The position numbers and the translations under genes are program-made. A model generated the notes under the pieces. That model made no database searches. It was not told where the DNA came from and was given only the letters and a program-made list of their open reading frames with translations. Shown here piece by piece: positions 15,151 to 25,028 of a stretch of 64,000 bases of DNA; positions within the stretch are counted from its first letter, which is position 1, and every line of letters starts with the position of its first letter. Origin of the DNA: Planctomycetaceae bacterium (lineage in GTDB: Bacteria > Planctomycetota > Planctomycetia > Pirellulales > Lacipirellulaceae); contig PABB01000072.1 in NCBI GenBank assembly GCA_002702655.1, positions 1 through 64,000 on the forward strand, given 5' to 3'.

Positions 15151-15199
15151 TTCGTCGTTGCCTTGCTGCGAGAGTGGCTTTGGTGCTGCCTTTCGAGTC

Positions 15200-16833
15200 A
15201 TCAGTAGCAACGTGGCGTCGTGAGGTTGAAGAGCCTTCGGTCCAGGTTGGTTTGGTTCGCTGTCATAAACGTTTGAAGCATGTTTCGGCCACCCGGTTCG
15301 CTTCTCACCGCCCCACCAGCGCTTCGGCGGGACCGGGACAACCGTTCCTCGCAGCGGCAGCACGCGGTCGTGCAGCTTCTCCATCTCGTAGTTGATCGTC
15401 TCGTCGCTCATCCGCAGGCTCATCTCCGTCATGCTGATGAACGGGCCTTCCTCCGCCTCACGCGGGTGACGGGCCTCCCATTCCCGGACCTTCTCGTGCG
15501 CCTCCCGCGAGTGCGTCGTCATCAGCGCCGAACGGCACTCGGACGTCTGCTCGTGGTCATCGCTCGCGTCCAGAGCGCCGGCCAGCTCCGCGCGGCCCCA
15601 GGGCTGGTCGACGATCGCCAGCGCCGCCGCAGCCGTGATGCGGTTGCAGGGAATCTCTGAACGCAGCGCCCGCCGAAACGTCTCTACCGCGATGTCGGGA
15701 AAGAACTCCAGCGCCAGCAGCGCAGCGTCTCCCAGGCAGTTCGACTCGATGCGGCGGAGCGTCTGCTTGATCCCCGAGGAGCGTCCCCGCCGCAGCAGGT
15801 ACTCGGCGCAGGCGCGCCACACGTACGGCTGCGGGATCTCCCCGTTGGCGTTGATGCGGTTGATCAGCGCCTCGACCTCGTCGGTCCAGTCAGAATCGAT
15901 CTGGGCGAGCACTTCTAGCGCCGCGGAAGTCTCGCCCGAGGGCGGGCCCGCCAGGCACCGGCGGAGCACCCCTTCGAGCCGGTCGCTGCCGAGCGCCCGC
16001 AGCGCGTGCAGCGACTCCGCCCGGTCGACCCCGGCGTCGAAGTCGGATTCGAGGGCCGCCGCCCTCTCCGCCACGTGCTCACTGTGCAAACGCTCCGCCG
16101 TCGCCGAGTCGTCCCCCTCGACCAGCGACGCGACACAACCCCAGTCCCCGAGCGCCGCCCCCAGGCAGCAGCGGACCTCGGCGCTGCCCCAGCGCTCTTC
16201 AATCCGCGCGAGCAACTCGGCGATCGCTTCATGCTGAAAACCAACCCGAACGCCGCTGCTCTCCTCGAACGTCTCGAGCAGGCCCGCGTCCTTGAGCCGC
16301 CTCATCGCCAGCCGGACCGCGGCCCCGCGGGGGTGCAGCGCCTTGACCCGCTCCTCGACAAACGCCGGCGCCTTCAGCGACTCGAGATACCATACAAAGA
16401 AGTACGGGTCGGTCCAGTCGCAGGAGTCGTCGTAGAAGTCGACGTCGATGGCCTCGCCGCTTTGCCGGTGGGTGAGGCAGCAGCCCCGGCCGTGGAAATA
16501 GTACTCCCAGTCATCATCCCCGGGCACTACTCCTCGCCCCGGCCGATCCGGGTGGCCGGCGTATCCAGATGTCGCCAGGGCCTGAAGGCTGCCGCCAAGT
16601 CGAGCGACCACCGTGTCGGCGACGAACTGCTGGCGTTCCCGGTGCCGCACCAAGCAGAGCAGTGTCCAGGCCTCCCACGGAGAGATGGGCAGCGGCGCAC
16701 TGAGCCAGCGCCGCCAGAGACCAGGGTGGTCAACGTCATCGGCGATGGATCTGAGTCGCTCGGTCAGTGCTCTTATAGTTTTTTCCAACCTACTGACGCC
16801 CTGTAATCTCCGGCCTTCATCGGCCACTCCCAT
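15200..16833 (-). CDS. hypothetical protein (N-terminal third of a 1223-aa ORF)
   Basis: The first roughly 500 aa have protein-like composition (W/F/Y/D/E-rich). The remainder of the ORF is antisense to the GDSL and EF-Tu genes and is regarded as spurious read-through. There is no in-frame stop, so the C-terminal boundary is unknown. Confidence 0.3.
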
Positions 16834-17155
16834 ATACTGGCGATGACAGCAATTCTAAACGCTCTCCCGGTTCTTGCGAACCTTTCGTGGCACGCCGCGG
16901 TCTGTCTGGCGGTAAATGTTCCAAGCTGATCTGGAGGACAGACTCGTGTACGCCCAACTCTCCACTCTTGCCCCGCTGAGCCCGCGCTGCTGCTAGGCTC
17001 GGCCGCTGCGCCTTTCGTGGCGTCGGTTCGGTCTGCCTTCGCGGGCTCCTCTTGCCGCTGATTGTTCTTGATCAGTTCGGCCGGCGCGGTGTTGCGCCGG
17101 TGCTTCTTAATCAGGCAAGGGTCCCAAGCTGGGGCCACGTACCACGAGGATGGCT

Positions 17156-17590
17156 ATGGCGCTTGATAAGCGTACGCGCGAGCAGATGCTCGCAATGTGT
17201 GGAGAGATCCACGAGGACGACGGGGTCGACCCCCGCGAATTCTTCAAGTCGGGACGTGGTCCCCGCAAGCAAGACCACAAAGCGCGGCAGCTCTGCCGCC
17301 AGGCGGCGGCGACCTTGGACCAGGTACTCTCTGGAGAGACGGGCGACGATCGACTGGCCTGCCTGCGGGTCGTCTCGGTGCAGCCAGCACCGGACGCATC
17401 GCGGCTGCTGGTCACAGTTGTGGCGACCTGCGCTGCAGTGGACTTCTGTCGAGATGCGACAGCAGCCCACCTGCAAGGGTCCGCAGGGCGATTGAGGACC
17501 GCGGTCGCGGCGGCGATCACGCGTCGCAAGGCGCCGACGCTGGCGTTCGTCTTGCTCGGCCCCGATGGAGAGGAGGCCCAACATGGTTGA
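17156..17590 (+). CDS. hypothetical small protein, translationally coupled to rtcB
   Basis: ORF ends 7 nt into the rtcB start region and has plausible composition. No recognised domain. Confidence 0.4.
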   Translation: MALDKRTREQMLAMCGEIHEDDGVDPREFFKSGRGPRKQDHKARQLCRQAAATLDQVLSGETGDDRLACLRVVSVQPAPDASRLLVTVVATCAAVDFCRDATAAHLQGSAGRLRTAVAAAITRRKAPTLAFVLLGPDGEEAQHG

Positions 17591-18716
17591 GCCACAACTC
17601 GCGGAACTGCAAACCTGGCTCACCGAACCGCTGACGTCGGCCGTCGCGGAGTCCGTATCAAGACTCCGCGCGGCCGAGGGCGTGAAGAAGGTTTGCCTGA
17701 TGCCCGACGTGCACCTCGCTGCAGAGGTGTGCGTCGGCGCTGTGGTCGCTACCGAGGGCGCCCTCTACCCACAAGCGGTTGGAGGCGACATAGGTTGTGG
17801 CATGGCGGCGCTGCGTTTCGACCTCGAAGCCGAAGCGCTTAGCAACGAGCGGCCGGCCGGCGCCGTGCTGGCCGCCCTGTACCGGTCTGTGCCCAGCAAC
17901 AAGCACCGCCAGGCGGTCCCTCTCCCTGAGGCGTTACGCCCCGCCGATCTGAGCGAGCAGACACTGGCTAAGCTCGCCACGCGTGACGGCGCTGTGCAAC
18001 TCGGAACGCTCGGTCGCGGCAACCATTTTCTGGAGTTCCAAGTAGACGAAGCCGGGCAGCTGTGGGTGATGCTGCACAGCGGCTCGCGGGCGATGGGGCA
18101 GGCGATCACCGCTCTCCATGTATCAAACGGAGAGCCAAACCGTTTCGGGCTCCGCGGCCTCGACGCCGAAACCCATCTCGGCGCCGCCTATCTTAAGGAC
18201 GTGGCTTGGGCGAGGAAGTACGCCACGGAGAACCGGTTGGCGATGCTGCGGGCGGTTGAAGAGCTCATGTCTCGGCTCTTCCGAGCCGACGCGGACTGGA
18301 AATCACTCATCCACGCCGACCACAACCACGTGCAGAGAGAGGCTTACGGCGGGCGGAGCTATTTCGTCCACCGCAAAGGCGCTCAATCCGCGGCGGACGG
18401 CGAATCCGGCGTCGTTCCCGGTTCGATGGGCGCCGCCAGTTTCCACACCGTCGGCCGAGGCTGCGCAGCGTCACTCTCGTCCTGTTCCCACGGGGCCGGA
18501 AGGCGCATGAGCCGGACAGAAGCCCGCCAAGAGATCACCAGTAAGTCGTTCCAGCGGCAAGTTGGCGGGCTCTGGTACGATCACCGCCGCGTCGATCGCC
18601 TGCGAGACGAGTCGCCCGGCGCCTACAAGAACATCCGTGAGGTGATGCGCGCCCAGCGCGAGCTCGTCAAAATCGTCCGCAAACTCCGGCCCCTGCTGAG
18701 CTACAAGGGCGTCTAA
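17583..18716 (+). CDS. rtcB: RtcB-family RNA ligase (3-prime-phosphate/5-prime-OH)
   Basis: PDVHLA, GGDIGCGM, GRGNHFLE, HADHNH and SHGAGR motifs. GGAGGAGG SD before the ATG at 17583. Short, about 378 aa form. Confidence 0.85.
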   Translation: MVEPQLAELQTWLTEPLTSAVAESVSRLRAAEGVKKVCLMPDVHLAAEVCVGAVVATEGALYPQAVGGDIGCGMAALRFDLEAEALSNERPAGAVLAALYRSVPSNKHRQAVPLPEALRPADLSEQTLAKLATRDGAVQLGTLGRGNHFLEFQVDEAGQLWVMLHSGSRAMGQAITALHVSNGEPNRFGLRGLDAETHLGAAYLKDVAWARKYATENRLAMLRAVEELMSRLFRADADWKSLIHADHNHVQREAYGGRSYFVHRKGAQSAADGESGVVPGSMGAASFHTVGRGCAASLSSCSHGAGRRMSRTEARQEITSKSFQRQVGGLWYDHRRVDRLRDESPGAYKNIREVMRAQRELVKIVRKLRPLLSYKGV

Positions 18717-18787
18717 TTGCTGAGAAGGTGGGAGTCGTTAGCAGCTTATCACCTACGAGGGCGGCACGTGATGGACCTTCGCTTGGA

Positions 18788-18807
18788 TGACTGACCTATA
18801 TCAACCT
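18788..18807. repeat. tandem 10-bp repeat CCTATATCAA x2
   Basis: Seen in the convergent intergenic region between rtcB and mcrC. Confidence 0.3.
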
Positions 18808-18817
18808 ATATCAATTG

Positions 18818-19852
18818 TCAGCTCAAGACCGTCAATAGTCGATCGTGAATGATGGGCCACGGCCGATCGAGATCGATGCTCTTGATGCCGATCGCGTGGC
18901 CGAGCAGCGTGAAATCGAGGTCCAGGTGGTGGTTCACCGCGGGGTAGAGCAGGACCCCCGCGACCGACTCCCACCCGGGGTCGCGGGATTTGTTGCTCAG
19001 GTAGGCGGTCAACTGGTAGAGGTGCGCCGAGTGCAGGCGGTGGCGGTTGTGGCGGGTCGCCAAGGCTGACTTGTAGAACTTGCAATCGAGGATCGTTTTC
19101 TTGGCGGGCCGGTCGAGCGTCACGTCGGTGTGCATCCGCGGCAGCACCTGCTCGACCTCGTCCCCCCATGACCCGTCCCAGTTGATCGCCATGGCCGACA
19201 CCCTGGCGTCGGGGCAGTGCCGGATCGCGAACTTTCGCACAAACGCCTCGAAAACCCGGTGCATGACCGTTTCCGATTCCAGGATGCTCCGGAACCGCTT
19301 GCCGCCCGCTTGCTGCGAGGGCAGGTGCGCCTCGTGCAGCAGCTGGCACACGTGCATCAGCAGACGGTAGTGCCGGTTGTTGCGGTGCAGCTGATAGCGG
19401 CGGAAGGTTCTCGAAGTAATCGCCACCGGCTGGATGTCCGACAGCAGCGCGAGCGCGTGCCGCGCCTCCAGCCGGTTTTCCTTGGTGAGCTGGGAGCCGG
19501 CGGCCGCGAGCCGCAGGCAGGTGCTCTTGAGGATGCGGTTGGGGAGCGTGTTCGCCGTCAGCTCGTCATACTCGCAGAGCATCCGCCCGGAGACGTGCAT
19601 CATCCGCCGGCAGCTCGCCAGCACGTCGACGCGACCGCGCAGACGCGGCGTCGCCTCCCGAAACTCATGGTAGCCCTTGTCCATCCCTTGGCTGGCTAGG
19701 CAGCGCACCCCGCCGGTCAACAGCATCGCCAGCAGGTTGTGGGCGTCGGGGCACTGCCGCGGGTCGATGTTGACCTCCTCGCCGCTGCGGAAGTGGTCCC
19801 ACGCGTAGGCGAGCAGGTAGTAGACGTTCTGAACGGGGATCGCACTGATCAT
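18818..19852 (-). CDS. mcrC: McrC-like restriction system subunit
   Basis: PD-(D/E)xK-like LDCKFYK motif. ATGA overlap with the upstream McrB gene. Confidence 0.8.
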   Translation of the reverse strand: MISAIPVQNVYYLLAYAWDHFRSGEEVNIDPRQCPDAHNLLAMLLTGGVRCLASQGMDKGYHEFREATPRLRGRVDVLASCRRMMHVSGRMLCEYDELTANTLPNRILKSTCLRLAAAGSQLTKENRLEARHALALLSDIQPVAITSRTFRRYQLHRNNRHYRLLMHVCQLLHEAHLPSQQAGGKRFRSILESETVMHRVFEAFVRKFAIRHCPDARVSAMAINWDGSWGDEVEQVLPRMHTDVTLDRPAKKTILDCKFYKSALATRHNRHRLHSAHLYQLTAYLSNKSRDPGWESVAGVLLYPAVNHHLDLDFTLLGHAIGIKSIDLDRPWPIIHDRLLTVLS

Positions 19853-21981
19853 TCGACCGGCCCGTCGAGCAGTTCCAGCGCCGCGGCCAGTTGCGTGGCG
19901 TCGTCGCAGTAGTACTCTTCCAGCAGCGGCCTGATCTCATAGGCGAGCACCTGATTGAGCCAGGCGGCGTTGGCCGGCTCGCCGTCGGTCGGGCAGAAGA
20001 AGCTGTGGCCGATGCGGTAGCCCCGGCCCAGGTTCGACTCGTCCGCGGCGATCATCTCGTTAAGCCGTTTCATGCGACTCGCAATCTCGGCGGTCAGCTC
20101 AGCGGGAGCGCCGCGGCTTTGTAACAGGCTCGTGAAGACCGGCGAGTCGAAGCCGGGGGCGAGCTCGACGAACGCAAACCGGCGGCGCAGCGCGTAGTCG
20201 ACCATCGAGAGCGACCTATCGGCGGTGTTCATGGTGCCAATGAGGTGGACGTTGGGCGGGACGTAGAAGGTCTCTTCGGGGTCGGAGGAGTAGCTCAGCG
20301 GGATCGCGAACTCGGACGACCGCTTGTCCGGCTCGATGAGCATCATCAGCTCTCCGAACACCTTGGACATGTTGCCGCGGTTGATCTCGTCGATGATGAA
20401 CACAAACGGCAGCGTGGGTTTCGCGAGCGCCGCGTCGACGAAGCCGTGGAACGTCCCGTTCTCCAGCTTAAAGCCGCCGTCGCCGCTCGGCTTGAACCCC
20501 TGCACAAAATCCTCGTAGGTCAGGGACTGGTGAAACTGCACCATCTGCACGCGGGACTCGTCCTGCTGCCCCATCAGCAGGTAGGCGAGCCGCTTCGCCA
20601 CGAACGTTTTGCCGGTGCCGGGCGCGCCCTGCAGCACGAGGTTCTTCTTCCGCTTCAGCAGCTCGACGCAGGACTCGACCTGCAGCTGAGGCAAGAACAG
20701 GTCGGTCATTGCTTCGGTGATGCCGTAGGCGCGGTGAACGGGCTTGGGCGTAACTTTACGGGCGGGCTCCGGTGGAGGCCCCACCGATTCCAGGCCCGGG
20801 ACGCCCTGGTACTCCTGGGCCATCTGGGCCAGGAAGCTGGTCTTGGTCGTGACGCGGGTGATCGTCTTGAGCGGCAACTGCGTCCCGGTCGGCATCTTCG
20901 CCTCGGTGTCGCCCTGCCAATCGATCTTCCGGACGTTGTAGTACGGGTCGCGGCTCTCGTCGTACTGATAATCGCCGGCGACGACCCCCCAGCCGCAGAT
21001 CTTGTGCAGGCCCTGCTTCGCGAACACGACGTCGCCCGGCCGCATCTCGCGTGCGAACTCCCACAACATATGGGCGACGTGCAGCGGCCCGGAGTCCTCG
21101 TAGACCTTGGGCAGGTACTCCATCATCGCTTCTTTCGAGGGGTACTCGTTGAGGTCCCCCATACCGTTCCAGCCGATCGCCCCAAGCCCTTCGGCAAACC
21201 AGGTATCCCACAGCACGGCCCCTCGCCCCGGGGCGAGCAGCCAGTAGTTGCGGTCGGAAGCGGGGGCGGGGCCCACATCTTCGTCATCGTCCGGCACGGG
21301 CTTCTCCTCCAGGGTGTTGAGGTGCGCTTGGAGTGAGAATTCGCAGGTTGATTTGTCGGTCTTCTGCCGGACCTCTTCGAGCCACTTCAGGTAGTCCGCC
21401 CCGCCGGCGACCTGGCGGGTGACGCCCAGCGAGGAGGCGTACTCGCGATTCTTCTTGTCGACCGCGATCCACAATTCCGGTCGGCTCCAAAACATCCCCA
21501 TGGTTAGCGACGCGGGGGCGACCTTCCGCAATGCACAGCAGGCGTCGAACAGTTCGGTGTCAAGCTCGCTGGGGGCGTCGATCTCCAGGCAGTGCCGGTA
21601 GAAACGCCAGAGAGTCGCCACGTGGTGAGGTTCGCGGCGTTTCTGATACGGCATGAACCAGCTCGATTGCAGGTTCATGATTGGCAAGCCATCAAAATCC
21701 TGCGGCAACTCCGCGCCCAGTTTCCACTCGTCTTTGATCGCTGCAATGATGGCCCGGCGGTTGTCGTAGGTCACGCCCCGGTTGAAGTTGGCGAAGAACG
21801 AGAAGGGGTCGATCTCCGCCATGGGGACTTCCTTGTCGTTCACGTCCCGATCCACGACGCTCGACACTTTGAGGCCTTGGTCGTGCAGCTTGATCATCAG
21901 CGCGACAAGCTGGTCGTGCGAGTGCTCGAACTCGCAAAGCTTCTGGGCAATCTCTGCGTAAATGGGCTTCCATGTGAACAT
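19849..21981 (-). CDS. mcrB: McrB-like AAA+ GTPase restriction subunit with N-terminal domains including an EVE/PUA-like reader domain
   Basis: Walker A GAPGTGKT, FIIDEINRGN and the McrB GTPase core. N-terminal region YWLLAPG...GDVVFAKQG..ICGWGVV resembles the EVE/PUA-like fold. Confidence 0.85.
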   Translation of the reverse strand: MFTWKPIYAEIAQKLCEFEHSHDQLVALMIKLHDQGLKVSSVVDRDVNDKEVPMAEIDPFSFFANFNRGVTYDNRRAIIAAIKDEWKLGAELPQDFDGLPIMNLQSSWFMPYQKRREPHHVATLWRFYRHCLEIDAPSELDTELFDACCALRKVAPASLTMGMFWSRPELWIAVDKKNREYASSLGVTRQVAGGADYLKWLEEVRQKTDKSTCEFSLQAHLNTLEEKPVPDDDEDVGPAPASDRNYWLLAPGRGAVLWDTWFAEGLGAIGWNGMGDLNEYPSKEAMMEYLPKVYEDSGPLHVAHMLWEFAREMRPGDVVFAKQGLHKICGWGVVAGDYQYDESRDPYYNVRKIDWQGDTEAKMPTGTQLPLKTITRVTTKTSFLAQMAQEYQGVPGLESVGPPPEPARKVTPKPVHRAYGITEAMTDLFLPQLQVESCVELLKRKKNLVLQGAPGTGKTFVAKRLAYLLMGQQDESRVQMVQFHQSLTYEDFVQGFKPSGDGGFKLENGTFHGFVDAALAKPTLPFVFIIDEINRGNMSKVFGELMMLIEPDKRSSEFAIPLSYSSDPEETFYVPPNVHLIGTMNTADRSLSMVDYALRRRFAFVELAPGFDSPVFTSLLQSRGAPAELTAEIASRMKRLNEMIAADESNLGRGYRIGHSFFCPTDGEPANAAWLNQVLAYEIRPLLEEYYCDDATQLAAALELLDGPVE

Positions 21982-22105
21982 GCTGTGCTCTCGTCCGTCG
22001 TCGTGCCTTACGGGTGGATGTAACCATCCGCCGCTCGACGCCCATTATCGCGGATCGGCGACCACCCGCCAGGACCGCCCCCTGCGTTGAGCAAGTCAGT
22101 CGCCC

Positions 22106-23380
22106 CTACCGGGGCTTGCGAGGGATGTGACCCTCACGCGCGAGCAGGTCTTCGTCTACCTTCTCATCGAGAACGGAATGCGGGCTGGGGCGCAGCGGGT
22201 CAAGACGGTCCGCCTGCTCAAAACCCCACCTCAAGTAGTCGGCAAGGCGGCTGTCAATCGCCACAACCCCGTCGGGGGCCTTCGCCCAGCACAGCTGGTC
22301 CAGGTATTCGCGTAGCACCTCGCTCTGACGCAACGAGTCGGCGTGATGGATCAGCCGCTCGACACAGGCACGCTCCTCGTCCTGGCGCTGCTTTAGAGCG
22401 TCGCGCAGACGCTTCAGTTCTGCCTCACGTTCCAGACGGACCCGCTCTGCCTCGGCTCGACGACGCTCTTTTTCCTCGCGTTCACGGCGGGCAATTCGCC
22501 CCTCCCCGGCCTCCTTCACGAATCCGATCACCAAGCCCTCCAGCTTGTCTTCAATCTTCTTCGCCTTGCCGTCGATCGCGAGCGGGGAGCGGTAGCTCGA
22601 CGGCCCATCGTCCAGCAAGAGATTACCGCTGGGCACCAGGTCGAGTTGGTCACGCTCCCATGAATACTGCGCGTCCGGATTCTTGGTGCGGACCTGGTTG
22701 TGCTTCTCACGGATCCGCAGCGTCGTCACGGTCTCGCCGGCGAAGCGAACCACCGTCTCGTACTGATTGGCGTTGTAATGCTTCGGCTCGACTTGGACGA
22801 CTCCCCCGACTTGCTCGATCCGCTTGATGAGGGCGTCCATAATGCGCAGCGCTCTCTTTAGCAAAGAGCCGCCTACCTCCACCGACAAACCACGCGGGGC
22901 CTTGTCGCGACAGTCGCTGGAACGCTGCGACCAAGGGAGTCTCTGCTGAGCCGCTTCGCGCTGTAGGCGTTCTTTCGTGGCCAGGATCAGGGGGTGCGGC
23001 TTGCGGAGCTTCTCGGGAACCAACACGGCGCCGAGAGACGTCGCCTTGGCGAGCAGCTGGCGAATGTCGTCATCGTACTGGAGTTCGCGTGGCGGTTCGT
23101 CGACCGTCGATTCATAGTCTTCGTGCTGATGAAAGACGATCCTGCGTTGGTCCGCCTCTTCGTCCGGCGGCAGCGGCGTCTTCTTGGTCGTTTTGCCGTT
23201 GGCCAGCTTGACCCAGTAGCCGGGGTAAGGCTTGGGGATGTTGTACGAACGGCAGGTCTTGCCAATGGTGACGTCCGAGCACCCTAGCTCTTTTGCCAGT
23301 CGGGTCGCCGGCGCAGACCACACAAAGTCGTAAAACTCTTGGCGAGTGAACGAACGAGTTTCACATTCTGTTACTGGCAA
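22106..23380 (-). CDS. hypothetical protein with N-terminal HTH-like region and a central Arg/Glu coiled coil
   Basis: TRLAKELGCSDVTIGKTC helix-turn-helix-like segment. RREREEKERRRAEAERVRLEREAELKRLR coiled coil. GGGAG SD. Confidence 0.5.
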   Translation of the reverse strand: MPVTECETRSFTRQEFYDFVWSAPATRLAKELGCSDVTIGKTCRSYNIPKPYPGYWVKLANGKTTKKTPLPPDEEADQRRIVFHQHEDYESTVDEPPRELQYDDDIRQLLAKATSLGAVLVPEKLRKPHPLILATKERLQREAAQQRLPWSQRSSDCRDKAPRGLSVEVGGSLLKRALRIMDALIKRIEQVGGVVQVEPKHYNANQYETVVRFAGETVTTLRIREKHNQVRTKNPDAQYSWERDQLDLVPSGNLLLDDGPSSYRSPLAIDGKAKKIEDKLEGLVIGFVKEAGEGRIARREREEKERRRAEAERVRLEREAELKRLRDALKQRQDEERACVERLIHHADSLRQSEVLREYLDQLCWAKAPDGVVAIDSRLADYLRWGFEQADRLDPLRPSPHSVLDEKVDEDLLAREGHIPRKPR

Positions 23381-23804
23381 TAGTCCGCTCCCGTATTGAT
23401 TAAACCTTGAGACGTCCCTGGCAACCTATCAATAGGCAGGATCTCGTGAGTAAGCAAACATGGTGGGGCTCGATCGCTGTTCAGTAAACTGAGGCAGTGC
23501 TCCAACCCGGCCGAACTGAGGGCGCTGTTGCCTTGATCTTGCAATACGGTGTGTATTCACCCCTTGATGTTTGTGTCGAGGTCGAAGCGAACTTAGAAAA
23601 CGCGATGAAGCTCCCAAACCACCATCTCGGATGCGTTGGGGCAAGGGATCAAAACGCCATGTTGGGCAACTCCGTGGATTGTAACAGCTGCGAGGCTTGG
23701 CAACCCGGCCGAGGGCTCACTGCATGAATACGCGGCATTGATGCGTGGTCACAAATGCGCGCCCGGCGGGTATCATAGGGGTTTTCATACACGATCGATT
23801 CCGC

Positions 23805-25028
23805 ATGCCCGACGAAGAGAAGCACGACCCGCGTCAGCCGCTTCCGTACCATTTTGCGATCCGCGACTACCTCAAGAACGAGGAGTCGCAGATTTGGGAG
23901 TGGTACGCGTCGAACCGCGTGCGCGCTGAGCAGAACGAGGCGATCCGCTTCGACCTGCTCAAGTCGACCTACCGCATCGACCGGGACGCCCAGCCGGCCC
24001 TATACGACATGGCCGACAAGGTCGCAAAGAGTCTCGGGATGGAGGTCCCGGTGACGCTCTACCAGGCCCAGAACCCGCAGGGCCTGAATGCGTCGCTGGC
24101 GTACATCCCCGACGAAGCCCACGTCGTCTTGCACGGCCCCATCGCGTCTCGCCTGACCGAGCCGGAACTGCGGGCGTTGCTGGCCCATGAGTTGGGCCAT
24201 CTTCTGCTCCACAGCCGGTGGGGCGGGGACCTCCTGGTCGCCGAGCAGGTCCTCGCGGCGATGACCCACGACCGCGACGCCGACACGCCGCACTTCGCCA
24301 GCGCCCGGCTGTTCGGGCTTTACACGGAGGTGTTCTGCGACCGGATCGCGCTCGACGTGTCGGGCTCTCCGCTGGAGGTGATCTCGATGCTGGTGAAGAT
24401 CGCCACCGACCTGGACGAGGTGAACCCGGAGAGCTACCTGAAGCAGGCCGCCGAGATACTCGGGAAAGGCCCGATCAAGACCGCCGGCCTGTCCCACCCC
24501 GAAGCGTACATCCGCGCGCACGTGCTGCAGCTGTGGCATGAACAAGCCGTCGAGGCAAACGCGCGGATCGCGGAGCTGATCGAGGGCCCGCCCGCGCTCG
24601 ACGAGCTTGACCTCACGGCCCAGGTGCGCGTCATGGGCGTCACGCGGCGACTGATCGACGCCATGCTGGCGCCGAAGTGGCTGCAGACCGACGTGATCCT
24701 CGCCCACGCCCGCCTCTTCTTCGAGGAATACGCACCGGCCGACAACGACATCGCAATCGAATCGCTCCGCGAAGATATCCAACAGAGCGACCAGCCCCTC
24801 CGGGACTACTACTGTTACGTCCTATTGGACTTCGCCTCGGCCGACCGGGAATTGGAGGAAGCGCCTCTGGCGCAGGCGATCGGCGTGGCGGACGCCGTGG
24901 GCCTCGATGATGGCTTTCTCAGCATCGCCGCAAAAGAACTCAAACTCCGCAAGAAGCAGGTCGAGAAGATCTCCGCCGACCGAGAACGCATTGTCGCCGC
25001 CGCGGCCAAGCTGGAGGCGGCGTCATGA
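23805..25028 (+). CDS. soluble M48-like zinc metallopeptidase-fold protein
   Basis: HELGH motif with a downstream EVFCDRIA third-ligand motif, M48/HtpX-like, and no TM segments. The stop overlaps the start of the downstream helicase gene (ATGA). Confidence 0.6.
   Translation: MPDEEKHDPRQPLPYHFAIRDYLKNEESQIWEWYASNRVRAEQNEAIRFDLLKSTYRIDRDAQPALYDMADKVAKSLGMEVPVTLYQAQNPQGLNASLAYIPDEAHVVLHGPIASRLTEPELRALLAHELGHLLLHSRWGGDLLVAEQVLAAMTHDRDADTPHFASARLFGLYTEVFCDRIALDVSGSPLEVISMLVKIATDLDEVNPESYLKQAAEILGKGPIKTAGLSHPEAYIRAHVLQLWHEQAVEANARIAELIEGPPALDELDLTAQVRVMGVTRRLIDAMLAPKWLQTDVILAHARLFFEEYAPADNDIAIESLREDIQQSDQPLRDYYCYVLLDFASADRELEEAPLAQAIGVADAVGLDDGFLSIAAKELKLRKKQVEKISADRERIVAAAAKLEAAS

Noticed and set aside
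13162-15199. C-terminal two thirds of the 1223-aa minus-strand ORF
   Set aside because: Fully antisense to the clear EF-Tu and GDSL hydrolase genes. This is a high-GC read-through artefact.
17150-17590. Archease as the small ORF upstream of rtcB
   Set aside because: The sequence lacks the archease signature motifs.
20245-21336. 363-aa plus-strand ORF
   Set aside because: Antisense to mcrB, with R/G/V-rich composition.
22087-22827. 246-aa plus-strand ORF
   Set aside because: Antisense to the HTH/coiled-coil gene, with proline- and arginine-rich low complexity.
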